From: Bacillota bacterium
Lineage (GTDB): Bacteria > Bacillota > Limnochordia > Darwinibacteriales > Darwinibacteriaceae
Direction: 5' to 3'
NCBI GenBank assembly: GCA_012518325.1
Contig: JAAYSR010000234.1
Location: forward strand, 3,011 to 67,010
Length of the DNA stretch: 64,000 bases
This document shows, piece after piece, positions 8,741 to 20,860 of the stretch; the first letter of the stretch is position 1; the number at the start of each line of letters is the position of its first letter. The notes under the pieces were generated by a model that was given only the letters and a program-made list of their open reading frames with translations, searched no databases and was not told the DNA's origin. A program made the translations under genes and the position numbers.

Positions 8741-8777
8741 CTGCGCTCAGAAAAAACTTGAGTGCAGCGTTTTTTTA
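8741..8777 (+). terminator. Rho-independent terminator after ssrA
   Basis: CTGCGCTCAG, a loop, then TGAGTGCAG, followed by CGTTTTTTT. Confidence 0.6.
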
Positions 8778-8813
8778 TATTGGCCGCACAATCAGGAAAG
8801 GAGGAGCGGGTCC

Positions 8814-9293
8814 GTGGTAGAACTGCGGGAAATATCGACGGAGAATTTTGAGGAGTGCATCAGCCTAAGTCTAACTGAGGAACAGAGAAAATTCATGGCT
8901 CCTAATGCCTACAGCCTGGCAGAAGCCTACGCTCTGCAGAATGAGGGCAAGTATGCGCCCCTGCCCTATGCCATCTACAGCGGCGAGACTATGGTAGGCT
9001 TTATCATGGCAGTATACCAGCCGAAAGATGCAGACGACCCAGAAGACGAGACGGTTTTTTACCTGTCCCGCATGATGATTGATCGAAGATACCAGGGTAA
9101 GGGCCACGGCAAGAAGGCATTGAGCAAAATGATTCAGATACTGAAATCATTCTGCTCCAGCGCAGATGCGGTTGTCCTATCCTGCAGCAGGGAAAATGCA
9201 GCAGCATATAAACTCTACAGATCTTTCGGATTCAAAGACACAGGCGAATACGATGATGCGGGAGATGTCTACTGCAGACTGGATCTGAAATAG
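8814..9293 (+). CDS. GNAT family N-acetyltransferase
   Basis: 159 aa. The stretch RRYQGKGHGKKALSKMI matches the acetyl-CoA-binding motif A region (Q/RxxGxG/A). The gene has a GTG start 8 nt after AGGAGGAG. Confidence 0.75.
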   Translation: MVELREISTENFEECISLSLTEEQRKFMAPNAYSLAEAYALQNEGKYAPLPYAIYSGETMVGFIMAVYQPKDADDPEDETVFYLSRMMIDRRYQGKGHGKKALSKMIQILKSFCSSADAVVLSCSRENAAAYKLYRSFGFKDTGEYDDAGDVYCRLDLK

Positions 9294-9300
9294 GGCATAA

Positions 9301-9340
9301 CAAAAAACCTTTGCTTGTGCGGCAAAGGTTTATTTAATTT
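9301..9340. terminator. Bidirectional terminator between the convergent GNAT and secG genes
   Basis: ACCTTTGC, a 7-nt loop, then GCAAAGGT. The stem is flanked by an A-run on one side and a T-rich run on the other. Confidence 0.6.
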
Positions 9341-9351
9341 CAGAAGCAAGA

Positions 9352-9573
9352 CTAAAACCATACTGATAATACGACAGAAAGGATCATGAAACCAACGGCG
9401 AGATAGGTAGTGGCCGTTGCAAGGATTTCTTCCTTCCCTTTTCTCTGATTAAAGAACATACGGCTTCCTCCGCCGATCGAGCCCAAACCCTCACCCTTAC
9501 TCTCCTGCAGGGTCACCGCAACAATTAAAGCGATACAGATCAGAAACTGAACAATCATCAAAAAGGTTCCCAT
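9352..9573 (-). CDS. secG: Preprotein translocase subunit SecG
   Basis: 73 aa with two TM helices and a central glycine-rich loop (GEGLGSIGGGSRMFF), which is the SecG signature. Confidence 0.8.
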   Translation of the reverse strand: MGTFLMIVQFLICIALIVAVTLQESKGEGLGSIGGGSRMFFNQRKGKEEILATATTYLAVGFMILSVVLSVWF

Positions 9574-9678
9574 AGCTTAATGACACCTCCCTGCCCCATT
9601 GATAACACTACTTGGTTATTCTATCACAGTGTCATGAACCAGGCAAGAGAAAAGGGCTGTGAGGCGGTGCGCACCAGA

Positions 9679-10980
9679 TTACTTCTGCAAAAAAGACCTG
9701 TACCACCGGGCGCTGTCCTTGAGAATCCTTTCCTGGGTCTCAAAATTGACATAGACGATCCCAAAGCGCCGCTCGTAGCCATAGGCCCATTCGAAGTTGT
9801 CCAGCAGGGACCAGACATAGTATCCTTTGAGGGGCACGCCAGCTTCAATGGCTCTGGCTGACTGGGCTATATGCTGCTCTAGATATGCCTGGCGCTTAGT
9901 ATCCTTGATCCTTCCGTTCTCCAGCTCATCTTCATAGGCAGCTCCATTTTCGGTGATATAAAGTGGAATTGGGCCGTAGTCGCTGTGCACCCGAACCAGC
10001 AGATCATACAGTGCTTCAGGGCAGACCTCCCAGCCCATGGCAGTTACCTCGAACTCGGGGTTCTCCGTTTGAGGCTGTCCCTGCTCATCTGCGGATACAA
10101 TCGCCCTCGAATAGAAGTTGATGCCCAGGAAGTCATTGGGCATGGAGATCAGTTCAAGGTCCCCCTCCTTAACGGCGGGGCTGACACAGGACAGAGCCTC
10201 ATCCATATCTTCAGGATAAGCCCCTTTAAAGATCGGATCCAGGTACCATCTGTTTTGAAACCCGTCGGCCTTTCTGGCAGCTGCCACGTCTGCAGGCCTG
10301 GAAGATGCCGGATACTGAGGAGTTAGATTCAGGGTGATACCTATGTCCGCGGGCAGATTCATCTGGCGGTAACCCTGCAGTGCCAGGCCGTGGCCCAAAA
10401 GTAAATGGTGGGCCGCAATGTAGTGGGAAGGAATATCTGCTTTGCCCGGCGCATGTTCTCCAATGCCGTAACCCAGAAATGCGGAGCACCAAGGTTCATT
10501 CAGGGTAATCCAGGAGGCAGCGACATCGCCGAGCTGCTCAAAAACAACCATAGCATAATCGCGGAAATACTTAGCCGTATCCCGATTCAGCCAGCCTCCC
10601 CGATCTTCCAGGGCCTGAGGCAAATCCCAGTGATAGAGGGTAACTGCAGGCGCTATCTCGTTTCTGAGCAATTCATCCGTCAGGCGCCTGTAGAAGTCGA
10701 TGCCTTTTTGATTCACTGTGATTCCGTCAGGCATGACCCGGGGCCATGCCACAGAAAAACGGTAGCTGTCCACCCCAAGTTCCCGGATCAGAGCTACGTC
10801 TTCTTTGTATAGGTGGTAATGATTGCAGGCCACATCGCCGGTGTGGCCATGCAGCACTTTGCCCGGCGTCTTGCTGAAACGGTCCCAGATTGATTCTCCC
10901 CGCCCGTCCTCATCAAAGGCCCCTTCGATTTGATACGAAGCAGTAGCTGCGCCCCAGATAAAGTCATCTGGAAAAATCAT
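9679..10980 (-). CDS. GH1 beta-glucosidase / 6-phospho-beta-glucosidase family enzyme
   Basis: 433 aa. The N-terminus FIWGAATASYQIEGA is the GH1 signature. TLNEP contains the acid/base Glu and ITENG contains the nucleophile Glu. Confidence 0.92.
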   Translation of the reverse strand: MIFPDDFIWGAATASYQIEGAFDEDGRGESIWDRFSKTPGKVLHGHTGDVACNHYHLYKEDVALIRELGVDSYRFSVAWPRVMPDGITVNQKGIDFYRRLTDELLRNEIAPAVTLYHWDLPQALEDRGGWLNRDTAKYFRDYAMVVFEQLGDVAASWITLNEPWCSAFLGYGIGEHAPGKADIPSHYIAAHHLLLGHGLALQGYRQMNLPADIGITLNLTPQYPASSRPADVAAARKADGFQNRWYLDPIFKGAYPEDMDEALSCVSPAVKEGDLELISMPNDFLGINFYSRAIVSADEQGQPQTENPEFEVTAMGWEVCPEALYDLLVRVHSDYGPIPLYITENGAAYEDELENGRIKDTKRQAYLEQHIAQSARAIEAGVPLKGYYVWSLLDNFEWAYGYERRFGIVYVNFETQERILKDSARWYRSFLQK

Positions 10981-12008
10981 AAGTCAGCCCTCCCAGCATT
11001 GTTCGGCGGTGCTGTTGAATCCCGCACCACCAGTTCTGTCTCTATAATCATGCGCTCAGGCCCAACAGGCTTGGTGCTGTCCGTCAGCCTGGCAATCAGA
11101 TTCTCGGAGGCAAGGTAGCCGAGTTTGGAAATGGGCTGCCTGATTGTGGTCAGCTTAATTTCATGCTCCTGGGCAAAGGGAATGTCATCAAAGCCCACCA
11201 CTGATAAGTCGTCAGGAATCCTGTAGCCCAGTTCACGGGCGGCAGCAATGGCACCGTAGGCTGCCATGTCGCTGGCGCAGGCAATGGCGGTAATACCCCG
11301 ATAGTTTTCCAAAAGATGTCTTGCCCCCCGCTGCCCAGACCGATGGGTAACATCCCCCAGATGGACATGGGCCGAACCTATCCCTCCCTCATCAAGGGCC
11401 CGCTGGAAGCCGCGGTAGCGCTGCACTGCATAATCAAAGCGCATATCACCGCTGATGTAGCCGATCTCCCGGTGCCCAAGGTCGATCAGGTGCCTGGCTG
11501 CCCGGTACGCCCCCTCCTCATTATCCACGTCAACAGAATGAACGTCCGGCAAGAAACAGGGTCCGATCAGCGTAAAGGGCAGACCTCCCTCGCGGACCTT
11601 AGTGACTACTTCACTGTCCCGGGGAGTAGAAGCAACTATGATACCGTCGACTCTGCGCTGGCTGATCATGTTGCTCAGCACAGAGACAAAATCCTCCGTT
11701 GCACCCAGCAAAGACAGCAGCAGAAAGTACCCCTCCCGCGCTACTACGGTGCCGATCCCCTTCAGGAGTTCAGGGAAGAAGGGATCAGAAAAGACAGATT
11801 CTGCAGTGTGGGGAATCACCACGCCAATGTTGCGGGTTTCATTCTTCACCAGACCCTGGGCCAGGGCATTTGGCTGGTAGCCCAACTCCTCAACGGCGCG
11901 AAGCACCCGCTCGCGAGTCTTCTTTGAAACACGATTTGATTTGTTTAAGACATAACTTACCGTGGCAGTAGACACCCCGGCCTTGGCAGCAACATCGGCA
12001 ATAGTTAC
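10977..12008 (-). CDS. LacI family transcriptional regulator
   Basis: The N-terminal HTH is VTIADVAAKAGVSTATVSYVLN, followed by a periplasmic-binding-protein-like sugar-binding core. The probable start is the TTG at 12008, 7 nt after GGGAGG (the ORF track extends to 12029). The 3' end overlaps the GH1 gene start by 4 nt. Confidence 0.85.
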   Translation of the reverse strand, partial: VTIADVAAKAGVSTATVSYVLNKSNRVSKKTRERVLRAVEELGYQPNALAQGLVKNETRNIGVVIPHTAESVFSDPFFPELLKGIGTVVAREGYFLLLSLLGATEDFVSVLSNMISQRRVDGIIVASTPRDSEVVTKVREGGLPFTLIGPCFLPDVHSVDVDNEEGAYRAARHLIDLGHREIGYISGDMRFDYAVQRYRGFQRALDEGGIGSAHVHLGDVTHRSGQRGARHLLENYRGITAIACASDMAAYGAIAAARELGYRIPDDLSVVGFDDIPFAQEHEIKLTTIRQPISKLGYLASENLIARLTDSTKPVGPERMIIETELVVRDSTAPPNNAGRADL

Positions 12009-12412
12009 TCTCAAGCCACAACCTCCCAAAAAACAAACTCCTTTACGCTCGTTTTGCCCCGTTTGTCCAGCTCATAGGCTAATCGTTTAAGCATCGGTGT
12101 CAACGGGATTAGGGCCGCAATATCATCATATTCTACATGACAGCTTAGGATCCTTCCCAAATGGATAATCACGCTAGCTAAATGCAAAAGTTTTTGCGTT
12201 TCAATTTTATTTTATAGAAGGATATTTGCGGTTCTGCTTGAATATGTTAAGTGAATTGAAATTCTTCAGATACAGTCGCCTTTGATTCGCACCAGACCAG
12301 CAGCCGATGGCGAGTATTGCTTAATCGCTTAACTTCTACAGCAAATCCTATCCACTTGTGACGGCGACCAAACCCGTGCCGGGTTTGTTGATATAGAGCA
12401 AAGAAAAAACAA

Positions 12413-14101
12413 ATGGAGAGGTGTTGTGCTTTGAGAAAACGCGTAGCTTTACTATTGGTTGTGCTGTTACTGGTCACGTCGAGTTCGATTGCATTTGCCG
12501 CCCCGGAACGCCATGAGACCCTGGTCGTCGGCGGCGGGCCCTGGAACCCTGCTACGAACTGGAATCCCCTGTATCCTCAACGCACTTCTGCAACAATCGG
12601 CCTGGTATACGAAACACTCTTCAGCTACAACCCTGAGACGAACGTATACAAGCCGTGGCTGGCAAAAAGCGGCGAGTGGGTCTCCGACACCGTTTATGAA
12701 GTTGAACTGCGCAGTGAGGCCCGTTGGTCAGACGGTGAACCTCTCACAGCGGCTGACGTCGTGTTTACCTACGAACTGGCTCGCGACAATGAACTTCCCT
12801 ACACCCCAATTTGGAGACAGCTTTCAGAAGTAAAGGAACTCTCACCGACTAAGGTTCAATTCGTGTTCAGCGACCCAAGCTACCAGGAGTGGCAGGTTGA
12901 ACTTTATTCACGCCCCATCATCCCGAAGCACATCTGGAAAGACATACCAGGGGATCAACTGTTGGTGGTTGCCAACGAAAATCCTGTAGGCAGCGGCCCC
13001 TACAAAGCCGGTGAAGGCGCTTCAGACAGAATTGTCTGGGATCGCGACGATAACTGGTGGGCTAACGAAGTATTTGGGCAGCCTCAGCCGAAGCGCGTGG
13101 TTGAGATGATTATTCCTGAGAACAACGTAGCCCTGGGCATGCTGATGCAGCGTACACTGGACCTGAGCAACTACTTCATCCCTGGCATTCCCGCGATCAA
13201 AAACTCGTTCGGTTTGAACACCTGGTTTGATGACGCTCCCTATATGCTGCAGGCAAATACTGCCGTTCTCTACCTCAACAATCAGCGTCCTCCAATGGAT
13301 GATAAGGTCTTCAGGCGTGCTTTGGCTCACGCTGTCAACCCAGAGGTCATTGTGGAACGCGTCTTTGAGTTCATGGTGCCTGCATCTGACCCAACCGGAC
13401 TCTTTGGCGGCTGGATGGCCTACCATGATCCCGATGTCGCACGTGAATACGGCTTCAGCTACAATCCGGAATATGCAGCGCAACTGCTGGACGAAGCAGG
13501 CTACGTCGACCAGGACGGCGACGGCTGGAGAGATCTGCCGGACGGTACGCCTATGAGCTTTGAGATTATCGTTCCTGCAGGCTGGACCGACTGGATGGAA
13601 TCTATCCGCATCATCTCTGACCACTTCAGAGCAATCGGCGTCAACGCCAATCCGGCCTTCCCCGACCAGTCCGTATATGAAAACCGGATGTTCACAGGCA
13701 ACTTTGATATGCTGATCAATAACTACGGAGCCACTGTCTCTGGGTCCCCCTTCACCTACTGGAACTGGATTGCCAACCATAACATCCATAGAGAACAGGT
13801 AACAGAAGGCAACTTCGGACGCTACGACAATCCTGAGCTGTTTGATCTCATTCTTGAGTTCAACAAGGTGCTGCCTATGACCGAAGAGTCCCTGGCGATT
13901 GCATCTGAGATCCAGAGGATCTTGCTGGAAGATATGCCGGCAATCCCCTTCTGGCAGAACGGAATGTGGGCAACGTCTCAATCTGAGTGGTGGACCAACT
14001 GGCCAAGTGAGCACAACCCCGACGGATATCCCTCCACCTGGGGCGGCTACTGGCAAATGGGCGGCGTAGATATGCTCATCAACCTCAGATCCACCAAGTA
14101 G
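12413..14101 (+). CDS. ABC transporter substrate-binding protein, family 5 (Opp/Dpp-like). The context suggests an oligosaccharide substrate
   Basis: 562 aa with a signal peptide (LLLVVLLLVTSSSIAFAAP). The size and composition fit SBP_bac_5. The gene is divergent from the lacI-GH1 pair. An alternative TTG start lies at 12431. Confidence 0.85.
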   Translation: MERCCALRKRVALLLVVLLLVTSSSIAFAAPERHETLVVGGGPWNPATNWNPLYPQRTSATIGLVYETLFSYNPETNVYKPWLAKSGEWVSDTVYEVELRSEARWSDGEPLTAADVVFTYELARDNELPYTPIWRQLSEVKELSPTKVQFVFSDPSYQEWQVELYSRPIIPKHIWKDIPGDQLLVVANENPVGSGPYKAGEGASDRIVWDRDDNWWANEVFGQPQPKRVVEMIIPENNVALGMLMQRTLDLSNYFIPGIPAIKNSFGLNTWFDDAPYMLQANTAVLYLNNQRPPMDDKVFRRALAHAVNPEVIVERVFEFMVPASDPTGLFGGWMAYHDPDVAREYGFSYNPEYAAQLLDEAGYVDQDGDGWRDLPDGTPMSFEIIVPAGWTDWMESIRIISDHFRAIGVNANPAFPDQSVYENRMFTGNFDMLINNYGATVSGSPFTYWNWIANHNIHREQVTEGNFGRYDNPELFDLILEFNKVLPMTEESLAIASEIQRILLEDMPAIPFWQNGMWATSQSEWWTNWPSEHNPDGYPSTWGGYWQMGGVDMLINLRSTK

Positions 14102-14189
14102 AAGCGGATACTCCCTCAACAACCCCGATAGATCTTCTGATCTATCGGGGCACCATTTACTGTTATGGAAACTACAGAAAGAGGTCGTT

Positions 14190-15179
14190 ATGGGACGTTA
14201 TTTGAGTAAGAAAATAGCAATTTACCTTGTCACTTTTGTCTTTGCGGTGACTCTGAACTGGGTGGTCCCCCGGCTGGTGCCAGGTGATCCCATCACCTCG
14301 CTCCTGGCCAGGTTTTCAGGGCTGGAAGGGGGCAAAGAAATTCTGCAGAGCTACTTTGTGCAGACATTCGGTTTGGATAAACCGCTGTGGTCTCAGTATC
14401 TGGGTTTCTGGCGCTCACTTTTCATGGGCGAACTGGGAATCAGCATCACCCGCTTTCCGTCGCCGGTGATTGATATTATCAAAAACGCCATCATTTACGA
14501 TTTCATCATTCTGCTTCCTTCAATCATTTTAAGCTGGATCATAGGCAACAAGCTCGGTGCCTTGTCGGGCGTGAACAAGACGGCAGATAACTTTCTGATG
14601 CCCGTCTTCTACTTCCTGACGTCCTCACCGTATTTCTGGTTTGCACTGGTTGTCTCCTATCTCCTCGGCATCGTGCTGGATATCTTCCCTATCAGCCATG
14701 CCTACAGCGCTGCCCTTACACCCGGCTGGAACTGGATATTTATCGCAGATTTTATTATGCACTGGTTTCTGCCCTTCATCACTATGTTCCTGGTCCAGCT
14801 CGGCGGCTGGGCAATCGGCATGCGGAACATGATTATCTACGAGACAAACACCAACTACTCCAGGTACATGGAGTCCCTGGGAGCATCCAGGCGGTTAATC
14901 CGCAACTACGGCTACCGCAACGGAATCCTGCCCCAGGTAACCGGCTTAGCGATAAGCCTTGGGACAATCATTTCCGGAGGAGTTCTGACACAGGTGGTGT
15001 TTGCCTATCCAGGTCTTGGCTATACCATGGTGCAGGCCATTAGGCAAAGTGACTATTTCCTGATTCAAGGATGCTTCCTCTTCCTGATCCTGATGGTGCT
15101 CGCCGCCAACTTCATTGTAGATATCGTCTACATGATCATTGACCCGCGGGTGCGGCATTCCTATTCGGAGGAGGTTTAG
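14190..15179 (+). CDS. ABC transporter permease (DppB/OppB-like)
   Basis: 329 aa with six TM helices and the BPD_transp_1 EAA-like region. Confidence 0.85.
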   Translation: MGRYLSKKIAIYLVTFVFAVTLNWVVPRLVPGDPITSLLARFSGLEGGKEILQSYFVQTFGLDKPLWSQYLGFWRSLFMGELGISITRFPSPVIDIIKNAIIYDFIILLPSIILSWIIGNKLGALSGVNKTADNFLMPVFYFLTSSPYFWFALVVSYLLGIVLDIFPISHAYSAALTPGWNWIFIADFIMHWFLPFITMFLVQLGGWAIGMRNMIIYETNTNYSRYMESLGASRRLIRNYGYRNGILPQVTGLAISLGTIISGGVLTQVVFAYPGLGYTMVQAIRQSDYFLIQGCFLFLILMVLAANFIVDIVYMIIDPRVRHSYSEEV

Positions 15180-15181
15180 GC

Positions 15182-16048
15182 ATGGCAAAGGGTTCTTTTT
15201 GGAAAAGGCATGAAAACCTCTACTTCGCGGTTACCAATAAAAAAGTGCTGTTTGGGGCATGTTTGTTCACCGCCATCTTGCTGCTCAGCATCATTGGGCC
15301 CTACCTTACCCCTTACGAACACGATGAGTTTGCCGGGCCGGGGTATCTGCCCCCCTCAAAGGAGCATTGGTTCGGCACGACTCTCCAGGGCAGAGATGTG
15401 TACACCGGAGTAGTCTACGGGCTCCGTTCCACCCTTTTGGTCGGTTTTCTAGCAGGAACGATTGCATCTGCAATCGGCCTGGTAGTGGGTTTTATCTCAG
15501 GCTACAACAGCGGCCGGGCAGCAGATGAGGGCCTGATGATGGTCACTAATGTGTTCATGGTTATTCCTTCCCTGGCCCTTTTAATTCTGCTTTCGGCCTA
15601 TCTGCCCTACCGGGGCATTGTTACCCAAAGCCTGATTGTATCTGCCACCGCCTGGCCCTGGACAGCCAGGGCGGTTCGCTCACAGACGATGTCCCTGCGC
15701 AGCCAGGAGTTTGTCAATTTGTCTCGGATCTCCGGCCTGAGCACCTTCCGCATACTCAAAGAAGACATTGCCGCCAACATGTTTTCCTATGTGTTCATGG
15801 TCTACATCCTCCAGTTTAACGGAACCATCTTGGCTTCAGTGGGACTGGAGTTTCTCGGGCTCGGTCCAACCCGGGGCATTTCCCTGGGCTTGATTCTGCA
15901 AAATGCAGTAAACTGGAATGCCCTGCATTTGGGTATGTGGTGGTGGATTATTATCCCAGGCCTGCTTCTGACTCTGTTGATCGTTTCGCTGTACTTTATT
16001 AATACTGGGCTTGATGAAGTATTCAACCCACGCTTGAGGGAGTTGTAG
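15182..16048 (+). CDS. ABC transporter permease (DppC/OppC-like)
   Basis: 288 aa polytopic membrane protein. GGAGGAGG lies upstream of the ATG, which follows the previous permease stop after a 2-nt gap. Confidence 0.85.
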   Translation: MAKGSFWKRHENLYFAVTNKKVLFGACLFTAILLLSIIGPYLTPYEHDEFAGPGYLPPSKEHWFGTTLQGRDVYTGVVYGLRSTLLVGFLAGTIASAIGLVVGFISGYNSGRAADEGLMMVTNVFMVIPSLALLILLSAYLPYRGIVTQSLIVSATAWPWTARAVRSQTMSLRSQEFVNLSRISGLSTFRILKEDIAANMFSYVFMVYILQFNGTILASVGLEFLGLGPTRGISLGLILQNAVNWNALHLGMWWWIIIPGLLLTLLIVSLYFINTGLDEVFNPRLREL

Positions 16049-16050
16049 CT

Positions 16051-17040
16051 ATGTCAGCAGAAAAAATCCTGGAACTGGAAGAACTGCGGGCGTATTACCG
16101 CATCCTCAAGGGCGATGTCAAAGCCCTTGACGGCGTATCGTTCCACGTCACAAGGGGTGAGATCCTCGGAGTTGCAGGAGAATCGGGCTGCGGCAAGAGC
16201 ACACTGGCCAATACGCTCATCTTGCGCAAGAAGCCGCTGCAGCACATCTCCGGCAAAGCATGGTTTCTAGGCCAGGACCTGATGACCATGCCTGAAGAAG
16301 AGTTTCGGCGGCTGCGTTTTCGCAATATCTCCATCATCCCCCAATACGCTTTGGATGCCCTCAGCCCAACGAAGAGAATAAAGACTTTTATTACAGATAT
16401 GGCCCATGAACATGAAATTGAAACCAATGCAGCGTTTTTTGAGAAAGTTGCGGACAGATTCGCCATGGTCAATTTGGATCCCAATGTGTTGAATAAATAC
16501 CCTATCGAGCTTTCTGGCGGGATGAAGCAGCGCGTTGTGATGATCATTTCCACGCTGATGAATCCCGACTTGGTGATAGCAGATGAAATCACTTCGGCCC
16601 TGGATGTGAGCTCCCAGCGCTTTGCCGCGACGATGCTTATGGAACTGCGCGATCAGGGGATTATCGGCTCTTCGATATTCATCACCCACGATATCTCCAT
16701 CCTGTATCAAGTTGCTGACAGGCTGCTGATCATGTACGCCGGGCATGCGGTGGAGACCGGACCGGTGGAGGATCTGATCAAGAACCCCCGCCATCCGTAC
16801 ACGCAGGCACTGATCAGTTCCCTGCCCAAAGTTGGGGCACAGATCAAAGAGGAGCGTCTGGAGGGGATTAAGGGTACACCCCCGGAGCTCCTTGATATCG
16901 GACCAGGATGCCGTTTCCGGTTCCGCTGTCCATATCAAACCGCACAGTGCCAGAAAACGCCGGAAACCGTACAGATTTCTGAACGCCACTCCATCGCCTG
17001 CTGGCATTATGAAGAGATTGGAAGTGAACACGTTGGCTGA
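16051..17040 (+). CDS. ABC transporter ATP-binding protein (OppD/DppD-like) with a Cys-rich C-terminal oligopeptide-ATPase domain
   Basis: Walker A GESGCGKST, signature LSGGMKQR and Walker B LVIADEITSALD are all present. The C-terminus has CRFRFRCPYQTAQC plus a further Cys. Confidence 0.9.
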   Translation: MSAEKILELEELRAYYRILKGDVKALDGVSFHVTRGEILGVAGESGCGKSTLANTLILRKKPLQHISGKAWFLGQDLMTMPEEEFRRLRFRNISIIPQYALDALSPTKRIKTFITDMAHEHEIETNAAFFEKVADRFAMVNLDPNVLNKYPIELSGGMKQRVVMIISTLMNPDLVIADEITSALDVSSQRFAATMLMELRDQGIIGSSIFITHDISILYQVADRLLIMYAGHAVETGPVEDLIKNPRHPYTQALISSLPKVGAQIKEERLEGIKGTPPELLDIGPGCRFRFRCPYQTAQCQKTPETVQISERHSIACWHYEEIGSEHVG

Positions 17041-17962
17041 CAGACAAGGGAAACAACCAATTATCGCAGCTGAAAATCTAAGTAAAGTCTTTACCAGCGG
17101 TATTTTCATCCGAGCCAGAACGGAGGCCGTCAGGGATGCTTCCTTCGAAATGTACCCAGGGACCGTTCTCTCCTTGATCGGTGAAAGCGGCAGCGGCAAA
17201 ACCACCATAGGGAAACTGATGCTGAAGCTGATCAAGCCCACCTCCGGGAAACTTCTCTATCGCGGACAGGACATCACCGAGATCAAGGGCAAGGATGCCT
17301 TGCGGGATTATTACCGGAAGGTGCAGGGGATCTTCCAAGACCCATTTTCGTCATTTAACCCCCTCTTTCGCGTCGATCGAGTCTTTGATATGGTCTATGA
17401 TGTGTTTCTGCCCCATGTCAAGAACCGGGAAGAACGCACCGCTGAAGTTCTGGAGAGCGTCAATCTCAACCCGGCCCGGATCTTGCACCAGTTCCCCCAC
17501 CAGCTGAGCGGCGGACAGCTGCAACGCCTGCTGATCGCCCGTTCACTGCTCTTGGACGTTGATGTGCTGGTGGCAGATGAGTTAATCAGCATGCTGGACG
17601 CCTCGACGCGCATGGGCATCTTAAACTTGCTGGTGGATATCTGCCGGGAAAGGGGCATGTCAATTCTGTTTATCACCCATGACTTAGCGTTGGGCTACTA
17701 CATAAGTGATTACACCATGATCATGCACAGGGGCAGGCTTGTGGAAAAAGGCGCCACTGAGAAAATCTACAAGAACCCTGTCCACCCCTACACAAAAATG
17801 CTCTTTAACTCGGTACCCGATATCGGGCATAAGTGGGACAGGAATGAAAAGTTCGTCCCTGAACATGTGGAGCGTGAGATAGAGGCCTTCTACCGAAAAA
17901 ATGCCGGCCAAGGCTTTACCTATGTTGACGCCGAGCATGGCGTGCTGCTCAGTGCAGAATGA
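17008..17962 (+). CDS. ABC transporter ATP-binding protein (OppF/DppF-like)
   Basis: Walker A GESGSGKTT, signature LSGGQLQR and Walker B LVADELISMLD are all present. The start is uncertain. The ATG at 17008 (MKRLEVNT) overlaps the upstream gene, and GTG/TTG alternatives lie at 17023-17032. The ORF-track start at 16832 is a read-through artefact. Confidence 0.85.
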
Positions 17963-17973
17963 TTCACTCCCAT

Positions 17974-18010
17974 GAAAAAAGCGGAGCCCACTCGGCTCCG
18001 CTTTTTTTCT
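17974..18010. terminator. Bidirectional terminator between the ABC ATPase and eno
   Basis: AAAAAA, then GCGGAGCC, loop CACT, CGGCTCCGC, then TTTTTTT. Confidence 0.7.
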
Positions 18011-18019
18011 TGACTCCTG

Positions 18020-20838
<2,819 letters not shown>

Positions 20839-20860
20839 CTCTTCACACCTCTTTGGACCG

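Noticed and set aside
12247-12477. 76-aa minus-strand ORF in the lacI / ABC divergent intergenic region
   Set aside because: It has no RBS, it overlaps the start and promoter region of the substrate-binding protein, and its composition is low-complexity. It is more likely non-coding regulatory DNA.
13022-14122. 366-aa minus-strand ORF
   Set aside because: It is antisense to the family-5 substrate-binding protein gene, which has clear homology, so it is spurious.
16267-17241. 324-aa minus-strand ORF
   Set aside because: It is antisense to the two ABC ATPase genes, which have Walker and signature motifs, so it is spurious.
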